The notes beneath the pieces are model-generated. The model saw nothing but the letters and a program-made list of their open reading frames with translations, was not told the origin of the DNA and did not search any database. A program made the translations under genes and the position numbers. A DNA stretch of 63,961 nt, counting the filler, from an uncultured bacterium (GTDB taxonomy: Bacteria; CAYJOG01), in NCBI GenBank assembly GCA_964371695.1. It is 4 parts of 4 records of this genome, joined end to end, with 100 filler letters (N's around TTAATTAATTAA, not from the genome) between each part and the next. Parts side by side here need not be neighbours in the genome. Positions count along the whole stretch, not along the records: positions 1 to 16,338 come from CAYJOG010000013.1; positions 16,439 to 32,375 come from CAYJOG010000014.1; 2 more parts are not named here. The stretch is one strand, 5' to 3'. This document shows, one piece after another, positions 10,715 through 19,736 of the stretch (positions are counted from its first letter, which is position 1; each line of letters opens with the position of its first letter).

Positions 10715-11356
10715 ATGTTCACTGTTCACGGCGTCAGCGCTTCACCCTTTGTGCGAAAAGTCCTCGTGGTTCTGCACGAAAAAAACCTGCCCTTTGAAAA
10801 TATCCCGGTGATTCCCGGCAGCGGCGGTGAACTCTTTAACCGGCACAGCCCCCTGGGCAAGGTTCCCTTGTTGCAGGACGGCGATTTTTTTGTGCCCGAT
10901 TCGTCGGTGATCTCTGCCTACCTCGAAAAAACCCATCCCACGCCAGCGCTTTTTCCCGAAAACCCGCAGGACTACGCCCATGCCCTGTGGCTGGAGGAAT
11001 ACGCCGACACCCGCCTGGCCATGGCGGCGGGCACGGTGTTTTTTGAGCGATTTCTGGCCCAGCCCATTTTCAACCGCCCCCCCGACGAAGAAAAAGTCCG
11101 CGCCGTGCTGGCCAAGGATGTCCCCGTGGTGAATGCGTATCTGGAAGAACAGTTGAGCGGCGACTTTTTTGCGGGTGAGCGTTTTGGCATCGCCGACATC
11201 AGCGTGGCGGTGCATTATGTGGGGCTGGTGTATGCCCGCGAGCCGGTGGATGCCGGGCAATATCCCAAGCTGGCCGCTTTTTTGAACACCACACTGGCGC
11301 GCCCCAGTTTTGCCGCCGCCATGGCGCTGGACAAAAAAGCGCTGCCGGGAACATAA
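10715..11356 (+). CDS. Glutathione S-transferase family protein
   Basis: SPFVRKV, PLGKVP, DSSVI..YL and FGIADI motifs; AAGGAG RBS. Confidence 0.92.
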   Translation: MFTVHGVSASPFVRKVLVVLHEKNLPFENIPVIPGSGGELFNRHSPLGKVPLLQDGDFFVPDSSVISAYLEKTHPTPALFPENPQDYAHALWLEEYADTRLAMAAGTVFFERFLAQPIFNRPPDEEKVRAVLAKDVPVVNAYLEEQLSGDFFAGERFGIADISVAVHYVGLVYAREPVDAGQYPKLAAFLNTTLARPSFAAAMALDKKALPGT

Positions 11357-11381
11357 CCACATCGTGGATTAAGCTCACGCC

Positions 11382-12008
11382 ATGTGGCACGTGATGGAGG
11401 CGGGGTGTGTGGATTATGCCCAGGGTCTTGCCCTGCAGGAACACGCCCGCGCCCTGGTGAGCGCCGCGCCCGGCGAAGGTTTTTTGCTCTCGCTGGAGCA
11501 CCCGCCCACCCTCACGCGGGGCAGGCGCAGCGCGCCGGGCGAAGTGCTGCTTGGCCCCGAGGAACTGGCGCGCCGGGGCATTGCACTTTTCACCGTCAAC
11601 CGGGGCGGTCTGGTGACGGCACATGAGCCGGGGCAGGTGGTGATTTATCCGGTGGTGTCGCTGGTCACGCTGGGGCTTTCTGCGAGCGCCTACATGGCGG
11701 CGCTGGAATCGGCCCTGCTGGGCGCACTCACCGGCCTGGGGGCAGAGGTGTTTGTCCGCCCTGGCCACCGGGGCATTTTTTCGCCCAAGGGCAAAACCGC
11801 CGCCATGGGGGTGAGCGTGAAAGACGGCGTGTCACAACACGGCGTGTCGGTGAACGTCAGCAACACGATGACCACCTTTGCCGCCATCGTGCCCTGCGGC
11901 CTTGCAGACACACCGGTCACCAGCCTCACACAAATGGGCCTCACCGCGACACCCCCGCAGGTGGCCCAGGCGGTGTGCTCAGAAATCATGTCACGGCTGC
12001 CGTTGTAA
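11382..12008 (+). CDS. lipB: Octanoyltransferase LipB
   Basis: LEHPPTLTRG, NRGGLVTAHEPGQVVIYP, HGVSVNV and IVPCGL motifs. Confidence 0.92.
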   Translation: MWHVMEAGCVDYAQGLALQEHARALVSAAPGEGFLLSLEHPPTLTRGRRSAPGEVLLGPEELARRGIALFTVNRGGLVTAHEPGQVVIYPVVSLVTLGLSASAYMAALESALLGALTGLGAEVFVRPGHRGIFSPKGKTAAMGVSVKDGVSQHGVSVNVSNTMTTFAAIVPCGLADTPVTSLTQMGLTATPPQVAQAVCSEIMSRLPL

Positions 12009-12670
12009 AGGCGTGAACTTTTTTTCAACCCGGTTGAGAAAAAATTTTCCGTGAAATTCCGCTTCAGTTTTTTCCGTAGGCCGCGATAAATCGGAATGAC
12101 ATAGACAACCTTCTTGTGGGGGCAACGGCATCCGCTGGGGCCCCACCTTTTTTATATTTCGGGTTGCTCATCAACTATTGGCAGGTTTCACCAACAACTG
12201 GGTAAAAGTTGCACCGACCCGGTTTTATGTTTTGCGGGTCGCCTTCATCCTTGAAGGCTTACCCGCTACGCCGCTGCGGGCTTCGCCCTGCGGCGGGAAC
12301 GGCCATCCATGGCCTCTGGCGTTGGATGTTGCGGGGCGTTGCTTTTTGTCGGGAAGATTTAACCAAGGTGGTGGGCAGGTGTTACACCGACCCGGTTTTT
12401 TGTTGGGTTCGCCGGTTTCGTCCGTGATTTCTTTGGTGGGGCAGGCATCTTGCCTGCCTTCTTACAAAAAGGCGGGGGGGGGGGGCCCCCCCCCCCCGGG
12501 AAAAAAACGGGGGGGGGGTGTGGGGGGGGCCCCCCCCCCCGCCTTATCAAAAAAGCAAAAAACCTTTTTCTTTTCAAACAGGCAAGATGCCTGCTCTACC
12601 AAAATAAAAAACAACAGCCCTCCGGCCTCAAGCCTGTCTTTCTCACCTCATCGTTGCCCAAACCACCCAT

Positions 12671-14557
12671 GTGCCTCAGCATGGGTTGGTGTTCAAGCGG
12701 GTCAACCTTTTGCGCGCCCGGCGGGTTTTTCTGCCGCTGCTGGCGGCGACGGGTTTGGCCCTGCTGAGTGGTTGCGCTGGCGGCGGCGGCAGTCAGGGTG
12801 GCGTGGTGACGCCCCCACCGGCGCCCCCCACCGGGCTCAGCACACTGGTGGAGGTGATGACCGACACCCCCGTGGGGGCGCGGCAGGCCAGCACGCTGTT
12901 TGGCACACCCGCTGGTCTGAGGGCCACACTTGCGCCGCTTGTGAACACCGGCGCGGCCTTCAGCACATCGCTGGCGGGCGTCACCTTCACCGGCCAGAGC
13001 GCCACCGTGAACCTGCCCGGTGAAACCCTGCTGGTGAGTGTGCGTCTGGGCCAGCAGGTGAACAGCGCCGTGGTGCGCCTGCCCGGCGTGGCGGGCCAGC
13101 GTCTGCGCCTGTGGGCCGCCGCCGAAAACGGCGTGGACTTCAACCAGGACGGCGACAGTCAGGACCTGCTCATCCGCGCCGTGTCGTTTGTGGACACCGC
13201 CGCAGACGGCGTGAGCGACAACCTGTTTCTGTTCGAGCGGCTTTATTCCGGCGCCGTCAACACCCGCAGCGCGGCGGGCATCCGGTTCATGGACCTGAAC
13301 GGCGACGGCGTGCTCAACGCCGCCCAGGGTGAACTGGTGATGGCCGATCAGGACAACGACGGCGCAGCCGACCCCACCGACAGCGACGACGACAACGACG
13401 GTTTTCTCGATCCCGAAGACAACGACGACGACAACGACGGCGTGGCCGACGGCTCGGACACCACCGACACCGACAACGACAACGACGGCGTGCTCAACTT
13501 CACCGACCCGGATTTCACCGACGGCCTGATTCCCTCGGCGGGGGGGGCGTCGCTCAACAGCGCCCGGCAACTGGTGCAAAGCGCGTTTTATTTCCGCAGC
13601 CAGATTCCGGCGGACCTGGACCGTTTCACCAACGCTCACCAGATGATGGGAGCGCTCTCGGACATCTATTCGTCTTACCTCACCGCGCCGGACATGACGG
13701 CGCTCACCCAGGGCCTGTCGGGGCAGGTGAGCGGCGTGGGGGTGCAGCTTGAGAACAACCCCACGGGCGGCACGCGCATCAAGGCCCTGGTGGCGGGCGG
13801 CCCGGCGGCCACCGCCGGTGTGCTGGCGGGCGACGTGCTGCTGGGCGTGGGCGGCATGGACACCAGCCGCGTCACCCCCACCGAGGCGTCGGGCCTGTTG
13901 CGGGGACCACAAAACAGCAGCGTACTGCTCACCCTGGGCCGGAGCAGCCAGCGTCTGAACTTTGTGCTCAGCCGCGCCACGCTGCTGTTCAACCCGGTGA
14001 GTGTTTCGCGCCCGGCGGCCACGGTGTTGCAGGTGACGCTCTCGGCTTTTGACACCGGCAGCGCGGGACAGGTGAAGGCGGCCATAGATGCCGAGGCGGG
14101 CCTGACGGGCCTGATTCTGGACCTGCGGGGCAACCCCGGCGGACTGGTGGATGAAGCGGTGACGCTGGCGGATTATTTTCTCTCAGGCGGTAACATCGTC
14201 ACTCTCGCGCCCTTTGGCGCGGCCAGCACCATCAGCACCGCCAGCAATCAGGCCTCGGACATCACCCTGCCCCTGGCCGTGCTCACCGACCCCAACAGCG
14301 CCAGCGCCAGCGAAATTTTCGCCGCCGCCATCAAGGAGAACAACCGGGGCAACGTGGTGGGGCAGATCACCTTTGGCAAGGGCATCGTGCAATACATCTA
14401 CACATTCAGCGGCGGCGACGGCCTGAAACTCACCGCCGCCGGATATCTCACGCCCCTGGGCAACAACATCCACGGCGTGGGCGTATCCCCCACCCACCCC
14501 GTGTCCACGGGCGCAGACCCGGTGGCCGTGGCGCTGGGTCTGCTGGGCGCGAACTGA
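12671..14557 (+). CDS. Lipoprotein S41 (CtpA-like) protease with Ca-binding acidic repeats and PDZ domain
   Basis: LLSGC lipobox; DxDNDG repeats; GVGV...GGPA..AGVLAGD PDZ; DLRGNPGG, SASASE and TFGKG catalytic motifs. Confidence 0.88.
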   Translation: MPQHGLVFKRVNLLRARRVFLPLLAATGLALLSGCAGGGGSQGGVVTPPPAPPTGLSTLVEVMTDTPVGARQASTLFGTPAGLRATLAPLVNTGAAFSTSLAGVTFTGQSATVNLPGETLLVSVRLGQQVNSAVVRLPGVAGQRLRLWAAAENGVDFNQDGDSQDLLIRAVSFVDTAADGVSDNLFLFERLYSGAVNTRSAAGIRFMDLNGDGVLNAAQGELVMADQDNDGAADPTDSDDDNDGFLDPEDNDDDNDGVADGSDTTDTDNDNDGVLNFTDPDFTDGLIPSAGGASLNSARQLVQSAFYFRSQIPADLDRFTNAHQMMGALSDIYSSYLTAPDMTALTQGLSGQVSGVGVQLENNPTGGTRIKALVAGGPAATAGVLAGDVLLGVGGMDTSRVTPTEASGLLRGPQNSSVLLTLGRSSQRLNFVLSRATLLFNPVSVSRPAATVLQVTLSAFDTGSAGQVKAAIDAEAGLTGLILDLRGNPGGLVDEAVTLADYFLSGGNIVTLAPFGAASTISTASNQASDITLPLAVLTDPNSASASEIFAAAIKENNRGNVVGQITFGKGIVQYIYTFSGGDGLKLTAAGYLTPLGNNIHGVGVSPTHPVSTGADPVAVALGLLGAN

Positions 14558-14633
14558 AGCCCATTTTCTCCAACTGCCATCGGTGCGAAATCGTATTGGT
14601 ATAACATGAAGCTCCGGCGTTGGCTGCCGGATT

Positions 14634-14708
14634 GCCCTCATAGCACAATGGATAGTGCAGCAGCCTCCTAAGCTGAAGATCCAAGTTCGATTCCTGGTGG
14701 GGGCGCCA
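14634..14708 (+). tRNA. tRNA-Arg (anticodon CCT)
   Basis: Acceptor GCCCTCA/TGGGGGC, D arm GCAC..GTGC, anticodon loop CT-CCT-AA, T loop GTTCGATT, encoded CCA; TGGTATAAC extended -10-like site upstream. Confidence 0.95.
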
Positions 14709-14724
14709 AAAAAATCTTGGCCTT

Positions 14725-16242
14725 TCAGGGCGCTCCGGCAGAGCCGGACACAGGCCCGGAGCCGCTGAGCGCCGCCGAGGCGCTGAGCGCCGCCGAGGCG
14801 CTGAGGGGCGCCGCCACGGCGTTCTGGATAATTTTTTTCACCGGCGGGGGCAGACCCTTCATCAGGGCGGCCACTTCTTTTTCGATGGCGGCGAGTTTGA
14901 ACAAACCCGCCAGTTCACGGGCCTGACCCAGTTCGTCGGCGGCCTCCTGTTTTTTGCCGTCCTGCTTCAGGCAGCGACCCTTCACCACGCGCATCAGCAA
15001 CTGGCTGGGCATGTCGCCCTGTTTTTCGTTTTTCAGCAGCGCCTGGGCTTTTTCCAGGTGGGGTTTGGCCGCCTTGCACTGACCCGCCGTGGCCAGACTC
15101 TGGGCCAGCCCCAGCCGCACGCGATATAACCCGGCGACATCTTTGAACCGCGACACCAGCCGCCCGAACAGCCGCGCAGCCTCCGCGTGCTGCCCCACCT
15201 CCAGCGACGTTTGCGCGGCGCTCCACAGCGCCCTTTTTTCTCCCTCGGCAAAGTGGAATTTTTCAAACAGTTTCAGGGCGGCGAGATAATCGGCCCTGGC
15301 TTTGAGGGGTTGTTTTTTGACCTCCCACACTGTGGCGCGGCGCACCAGGGCGTCGGCCTCGACCATGGAGCCGCCGGGCGCGAGTTGATGGGCCAGCGAC
15401 ACCGCCCGGTTGAGTGTCTCAAGGGCTTTGTCGGCTTGCCCCGCCCGCATGTGCGCGCCGCCCAAAAGCCCAGCCAGACGCACCACGGCGGGTTTGTCGG
15501 CGGCCTGGGTGAACAACCGCAGACTTTCTTCAATCAGCGAAATGGCGGCGGCGTGGCGGCCCTGGCCCAGGGCGACACGCCCGGCGGCCTCGGGCAATTT
15601 GCCGGGCAGGGGTTTGTGCAGTTTGGCGTAAACGGCGCGGACCTCTTTGAGGCGGCTGTCGCCCTGGGCCATGCGGCCCGCCATGTAGGCCGCCATCACC
15701 AGATCACCCCGCACCATAGCCACCTCAGACTGAAAAGGCGTGTTTTTGAGCGCCCCCAGGGACTGGTTCAGCAGCGCTTCGGCGCGGGCCGGATCCTTCT
15801 CCATCACCCCCAGCGCCAGACTGTGTCGCGCCAGCGCCAGGGCGGGGCCCAGGGCCGGTTCCTGTGCGGCGGCCTTCAGCCAGCGGCCCATGTCTTTTTG
15901 CAGCAGGGCGGCGTCAGACAGCACCACGGCGCTGAGCAGGCTGCCCCACAAATCGCCGGTGCCCGCCGCGTGCAGGTGGGTCTGGCGCAGCAGGCGGCTT
16001 TGTTCCGCCCCCCGCGCCGAAAGCGCCTTGCCCATCAGGTCAAAAGCCAGGCGGTCGCCCTTGCCTGCGTCCACGCGCGTTTTCCATCTGGCCAGCGTGG
16101 TGAAAAAAACATTGGCGGGAGGAGCCTTGGCCGGGGCCGCAACCGCCTTGTTGGGTTTGCCCTTCACCGGCGCGGCCCCAAGCGGCAGAGAAAAAACAAT
16201 CGCCCACACAAGAGCCGCCAACAGAAAGGGATTTTTTGCCAC
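14725..16242 (-). CDS. Secreted tetratricopeptide-repeat protein
   Basis: Signal peptide and repeated helical A/L/G-rich TPR-like units; 18-bp tandem repeat (LSASAA) near the 3' end. Confidence 0.75.
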   Translation of the reverse strand: MAKNPFLLAALVWAIVFSLPLGAAPVKGKPNKAVAAPAKAPPANVFFTTLARWKTRVDAGKGDRLAFDLMGKALSARGAEQSRLLRQTHLHAAGTGDLWGSLLSAVVLSDAALLQKDMGRWLKAAAQEPALGPALALARHSLALGVMEKDPARAEALLNQSLGALKNTPFQSEVAMVRGDLVMAAYMAGRMAQGDSRLKEVRAVYAKLHKPLPGKLPEAAGRVALGQGRHAAAISLIEESLRLFTQAADKPAVVRLAGLLGGAHMRAGQADKALETLNRAVSLAHQLAPGGSMVEADALVRRATVWEVKKQPLKARADYLAALKLFEKFHFAEGEKRALWSAAQTSLEVGQHAEAARLFGRLVSRFKDVAGLYRVRLGLAQSLATAGQCKAAKPHLEKAQALLKNEKQGDMPSQLLMRVVKGRCLKQDGKKQEAADELGQARELAGLFKLAAIEKEVAALMKGLPPPVKKIIQNAVAAPLSASAALSASAALSGSGPVSGSAGAP

Positions 16243-16338
16243 GGGCTTTTATACCACAGGGGGTGAGGCCAGTGGCACGGGCGCTCTCGCCACAGGCGTT
16301 AGAGCGTTTTTGGAATTGGTAGAGCGCTGAGGAGGTTT

Positions 16339-16438
16339 NNNNNNNNNNNNNNNNNNNNNNNNNNNNNNNNNNNNNNNNNNNNTTAATTAATTAANNNNNN
16401 NNNNNNNNNNNNNNNNNNNNNNNNNNNNNNNNNNNNNN
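16339..16438. other. Artificial contig linker (N-run with TTAATTAATTAA)
   Basis: Six-frame stop spacer at 16383-16394; same linker at 32420-32431 and 48388-48399. Confidence 0.95.
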
Positions 16439-16565
16439 GCCCTCTCCCTGAGGGAGAGGGCAAAAGATGTCCTCCCGCCAAGACCATGTGACATCCAACC
16501 CCAAAGTTAGCGGCTATGGGCAAGGTGCCTGCCTTTAAATGAAGAGGCGGGGGGACGCCCGCCCC

Positions 16566-17051
16566 CTACCGCCCCAGCAGCCACCACAACCGAAACGACA
16601 CGCCGCTGGGGTCGGGCGTGACGCTGGGGGCGGGGGCCAGCTGGTCCAGGTCGGCCTGCTGATAACGCACCTCGCTCAGCAGGTGTTTGCCGATGGGCCA
16701 GGTGGCCCGCAGGTGATAACCCAGTACGGTGTCGGTGTAATTCACGCCCGGCGTGGCCAGGGACACGTCCAGCCAGTCCAGCCCCAAGCCATAATTCAGG
16801 CCCCGCTGGCTGCGGCTTTTGAACATATAACTGAGGCTGGCGCGGTTGATGTCCAGCATGTCGCCGGTAGAAGGAATGCCCAGCTCATGCACCTGACCGA
16901 CGCCCAGCATCAGCCCCCGTTTGTTGCGGGGCGAGAGGGAATAATCCAGCGCCCAGCCCACGCCGGGGGCCAGGTCGCGGTGGGGGGGCATTAAAAAAAC
17001 CGGCGCAAAACCCCGCTTGCCCATGGGGTCCCCCCGGCCCGCCCGCGCCAT
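16566..17051 (-). CDS. Probable beta-barrel-like C-terminal part of the SLH protein (frameshifted)
   Basis: Alternating amphipathic strands rich in G/Y/L; overlaps the upstream ORF at a C5 run. Confidence 0.55.
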   Translation of the reverse strand: MARAGRGDPMGKRGFAPVFLMPPHRDLAPGVGWALDYSLSPRNKRGLMLGVGQVHELGIPSTGDMLDINRASLSYMFKSRSQRGLNYGLGLDWLDVSLATPGVNYTDTVLGYHLRATWPIGKHLLSEVRYQQADLDQLAPAPSVTPDPSGVSFRLWWLLGR

Positions 17052-17599
17052 GGGGGCAGCACCACGGGGGGTGGCTTCATGGCGGGCATGGGGGGCAGTT
17101 TCTCGGCCTTCAGCTTGGCCACCTGGGCGCGCATTTCCTGCACTTCGGCAGAAAGCGCCCGCAGGTCGTCCACGTTGTTTTGCAACTCCAGGGCCACCTG
17201 CCGGTCAAACGAGGCAAAATCCGTCTGCCGGGCGATGACCTCAAACCCCTGGCCCTCTTTGAGGCGGTCATAAAGTTTGGTGGTCATGACGGCGGCGTGG
17301 TAACGCGTCATGGCCGAGTCGCCGTCAAAACCCTGTTTGTACTGGCCGTTGAACACGCCGTAATCGAAGGCTTTTTTGACGTTTTCCTGTGCCCAGCCGG
17401 GGGGCGCGGCGGCGGGCAGGGGGTTGGCGGTTTCCAGATGCTGGGGTTTGACCGCAGGCTTTGGGGCGGGCTTGACCTTGGGTTTGTAGGCCACCAGCAC
17501 CGAGCCGGGGGCCTGGGCCAGCGTGGCGGGCGCACCCGCCGCCAGGGCCGTGCCGCCCATCAGGGCCAGGGCCGCGCCTGTGGTGAAAATCAGCTTCAT
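16991..17599 (-). CDS. S-layer homology (SLH) domain + coiled-coil secreted protein
   Basis: Signal peptide; WAQENVKKAFDYGVFNG...FDGDSAMTRYHAAV matches the SLH W..G...G.F......TRY pattern; heptad coiled coil follows. Confidence 0.75.
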   Translation of the reverse strand: MKLIFTTGAALALMGGTALAAGAPATLAQAPGSVLVAYKPKVKPAPKPAVKPQHLETANPLPAAAPPGWAQENVKKAFDYGVFNGQYKQGFDGDSAMTRYHAAVMTTKLYDRLKEGQGFEVIARQTDFASFDRQVALELQNNVDDLRALSAEVQEMRAQVAKLKAEKLPPMPAMKPPPVVLPPWRGRAGGTPWASGVLRRFF

Positions 17600-17664
17600 G
17601 GGCCATCAATGCTGTCACCGGTTGGCCTGTTTGTAAAGCGGGCAGACACGATTACCATGCCCCC

Positions 17665-18396
17665 ATGCCAGAAAAAATCCACTATCGCCTCGAAGGCCGC
17701 GTGGCCCATCTCGTGATGGACGACGGCAAGGCCAACACCATGAACCTGGAATATTTCCAGGAGCTTTCCGCCGCCATTCTGCGGGCCGAGCAGGAGGCCC
17801 GGGGCATTCTCATCGAGGGCCGCCCCCGGTTTTTCAGCGCCGGTCTGGACCTCAAGCACCTCATGGCCTACACCGACGCCCAGCGGCGACAGGTGATCAA
17901 GGGCTTCGCCGATGTGTGCATGAAACAGCTTTACCTCTCACCCCTGCCGGTGGTGGCCTGTGTAGAGGGCCACGCCATGGCGGGCGGCGCGGTGTTGCTG
18001 CTGTGCTGCGACAAAAAAATCGGTGCCGAGGGCAGTTACAACGTGGGGCTGAACGAAGTGCGCGTGGGCATCAACATGCCCGCTTTTCTGCTGCCGCTGG
18101 AGCGCGCCACGCTGCCGCCCCAATCCCACACCGATGTCATTCTGATGGGCAAAGTCTTTGACCCCGCCGGGGCCGTGACCGCAGGGATTCTGGACGAACT
18201 GGCCCCCGCCACCGCTGCCAAAGACCGCGCCCTGGAAGTGTTGAAAGACATGATGTCGCTGCCCCCCCAGGCCTACGGCGCCACCAAGCAGGACCTGCAC
18301 AGCCAGGTGCTGCGGGAGCTGCTGCACCAGGACATCGAAGAGGTCATCACACAGACCCTCACCAGCGGCATTTTTCAGGGCAAAAAGGTGGAGTAG
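17665..18396 (+). CDS. Enoyl-CoA hydratase/isomerase (crotonase) family
   Basis: FSAGLDL, GHAMAGG and GLNEVRVGI motifs. Confidence 0.92.
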   Translation: MPEKIHYRLEGRVAHLVMDDGKANTMNLEYFQELSAAILRAEQEARGILIEGRPRFFSAGLDLKHLMAYTDAQRRQVIKGFADVCMKQLYLSPLPVVACVEGHAMAGGAVLLLCCDKKIGAEGSYNVGLNEVRVGINMPAFLLPLERATLPPQSHTDVILMGKVFDPAGAVTAGILDELAPATAAKDRALEVLKDMMSLPPQAYGATKQDLHSQVLRELLHQDIEEVITQTLTSGIFQGKKVE

Positions 18397-18507
18397 GGCG
18401 GTCCACGCCGGTGTCATCCCGGCGAAGAAATCCGCCGTCATTTATAGCCGCCATCCAACTTGCCACAGTCACCATTGGCACTCCGTGACACTGAGAGGCC
18501 AGAGCGG

Positions 18508-19656
18508 TCAATTTCCCCCTGTTTTTCGTATTTCACCCGTCAATTCAAGATGCCAGGAAGGATCTGCCCACATTCCCCGGTGGTGTGGTTGACAAAAATT
18601 GCTTGTGCAAATTCCTGTCCAGCCCATCTCAATCGCCTTTGGAACGGCAAATTCCGAAACTTTTCGCACCCAGGCCCATTCATTGACCAAACCAGGAATA
18701 TCAGAATAATTGGTCGGCCCCCAACCCTCCGTTGTGATTAACGAAAGCGAATTGCGCGAGGCCCATTCCGACCAAGTTATCATTTTGGGCAACAGGTGCG
18801 TGTCCAGCCAGTAGGCCAGCTTGCTGGCGGGCAATGCCGCCATCCGTCTGGCATGCATTTTTGTGCCGCAAGGGAGTTCGAGCAAAGAAGCAATTTGCAG
18901 GCTGGAAACATTCCATGCAGGGCTGTCCGTAAGCCAACAATGAATTTCTGCAACGTCAAATTCTGAAACATCCAATGTGCGCAACGAAGAACCGGCCAGA
19001 TCGGGGAACGAATAACAAAACCGGAGTGTGGGCCACTTCATTTTCAGCGGGCGTATTGCGCCGGTCAGGTACGCCTGGGTTTGCCGTTTCCATCGCTCCG
19101 GCCACGGAATTCCCCGAAAAGCCACGCCCATGGGCATTGGCAGGGTTTGGCCGAATATGCGCCCTGCAGCCCCTGGCGCCCAAAGGTCGAGCGGAAACTC
19201 GTTGCACAGATCAACCCATTTGATTAACCCAATCAGGCCCTCATTGTCAATCAGGCTTAGCGTTTCATCCCACACGCGCACAAAATCAAGCGGCGTGCAA
19301 ACCTGCCGGTGCCTGCCGGCACTGTCTGGAATAAACCACGACGAGAGGCCAACTGAAATATCGCGCTGTTTGCATTTTTGCATGAATTCAATCAATTCTC
19401 GGCGAGGTGCAATCTTCACCGGTTGATGGTTGCCCCACATGAATCTTTCCCGTTGCGGCAAAACCACAAATTCGCCGGACGGATGCTCGTCGGGACCAAC
19501 GGCCACGAGATGGGGAAAGGCGTCAATACGTACATTGTCATACCCCCGATCAGCCAGTTCATCAAGTATTTTGTCCCAATCGGCATATTCCGATTCGCTC
19601 CCAGATCGCCGGGTGGCCCAGGAAAAATCCCACATCGCTGTTGCAAAACGATTCAT
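18508..19656 (-). CDS. Cellulase-like (TIM-barrel glycoside hydrolase-like) family protein
   Basis: MWDFSW..RR, RGYDNVRIDAFPHL, DLCNE (acid/base-like) and TEGWG (nucleophile-like); AT-richer than flanks. Confidence 0.75.
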   Translation of the reverse strand: MNRFATAMWDFSWATRRSGSESEYADWDKILDELADRGYDNVRIDAFPHLVAVGPDEHPSGEFVVLPQRERFMWGNHQPVKIAPRRELIEFMQKCKQRDISVGLSSWFIPDSAGRHRQVCTPLDFVRVWDETLSLIDNEGLIGLIKWVDLCNEFPLDLWAPGAAGRIFGQTLPMPMGVAFRGIPWPERWKRQTQAYLTGAIRPLKMKWPTLRFCYSFPDLAGSSLRTLDVSEFDVAEIHCWLTDSPAWNVSSLQIASLLELPCGTKMHARRMAALPASKLAYWLDTHLLPKMITWSEWASRNSLSLITTEGWGPTNYSDIPGLVNEWAWVRKVSEFAVPKAIEMGWTGICTSNFCQPHHRGMWADPSWHLELTGEIRKTGGN

Positions 19657-19736
19657 GCCAAACCTCCGATTAGAAAAGACAAAAGTTTTTCTCTCTGTTT
19701 GTTTGAAACAGACCGAAAACCTGTTCTAACAAAAAC

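Noticed and set aside
14634-14725. tRNA-Arg as an island integration site
   Set aside because: No integrase and no duplicated tRNA 3' end seen in the window
16339-16438. TTAATTAATTAA motif repeated three times in the window
   Set aside because: Always embedded in N runs and encodes stops in all frames: an artificial contig joiner, not biology
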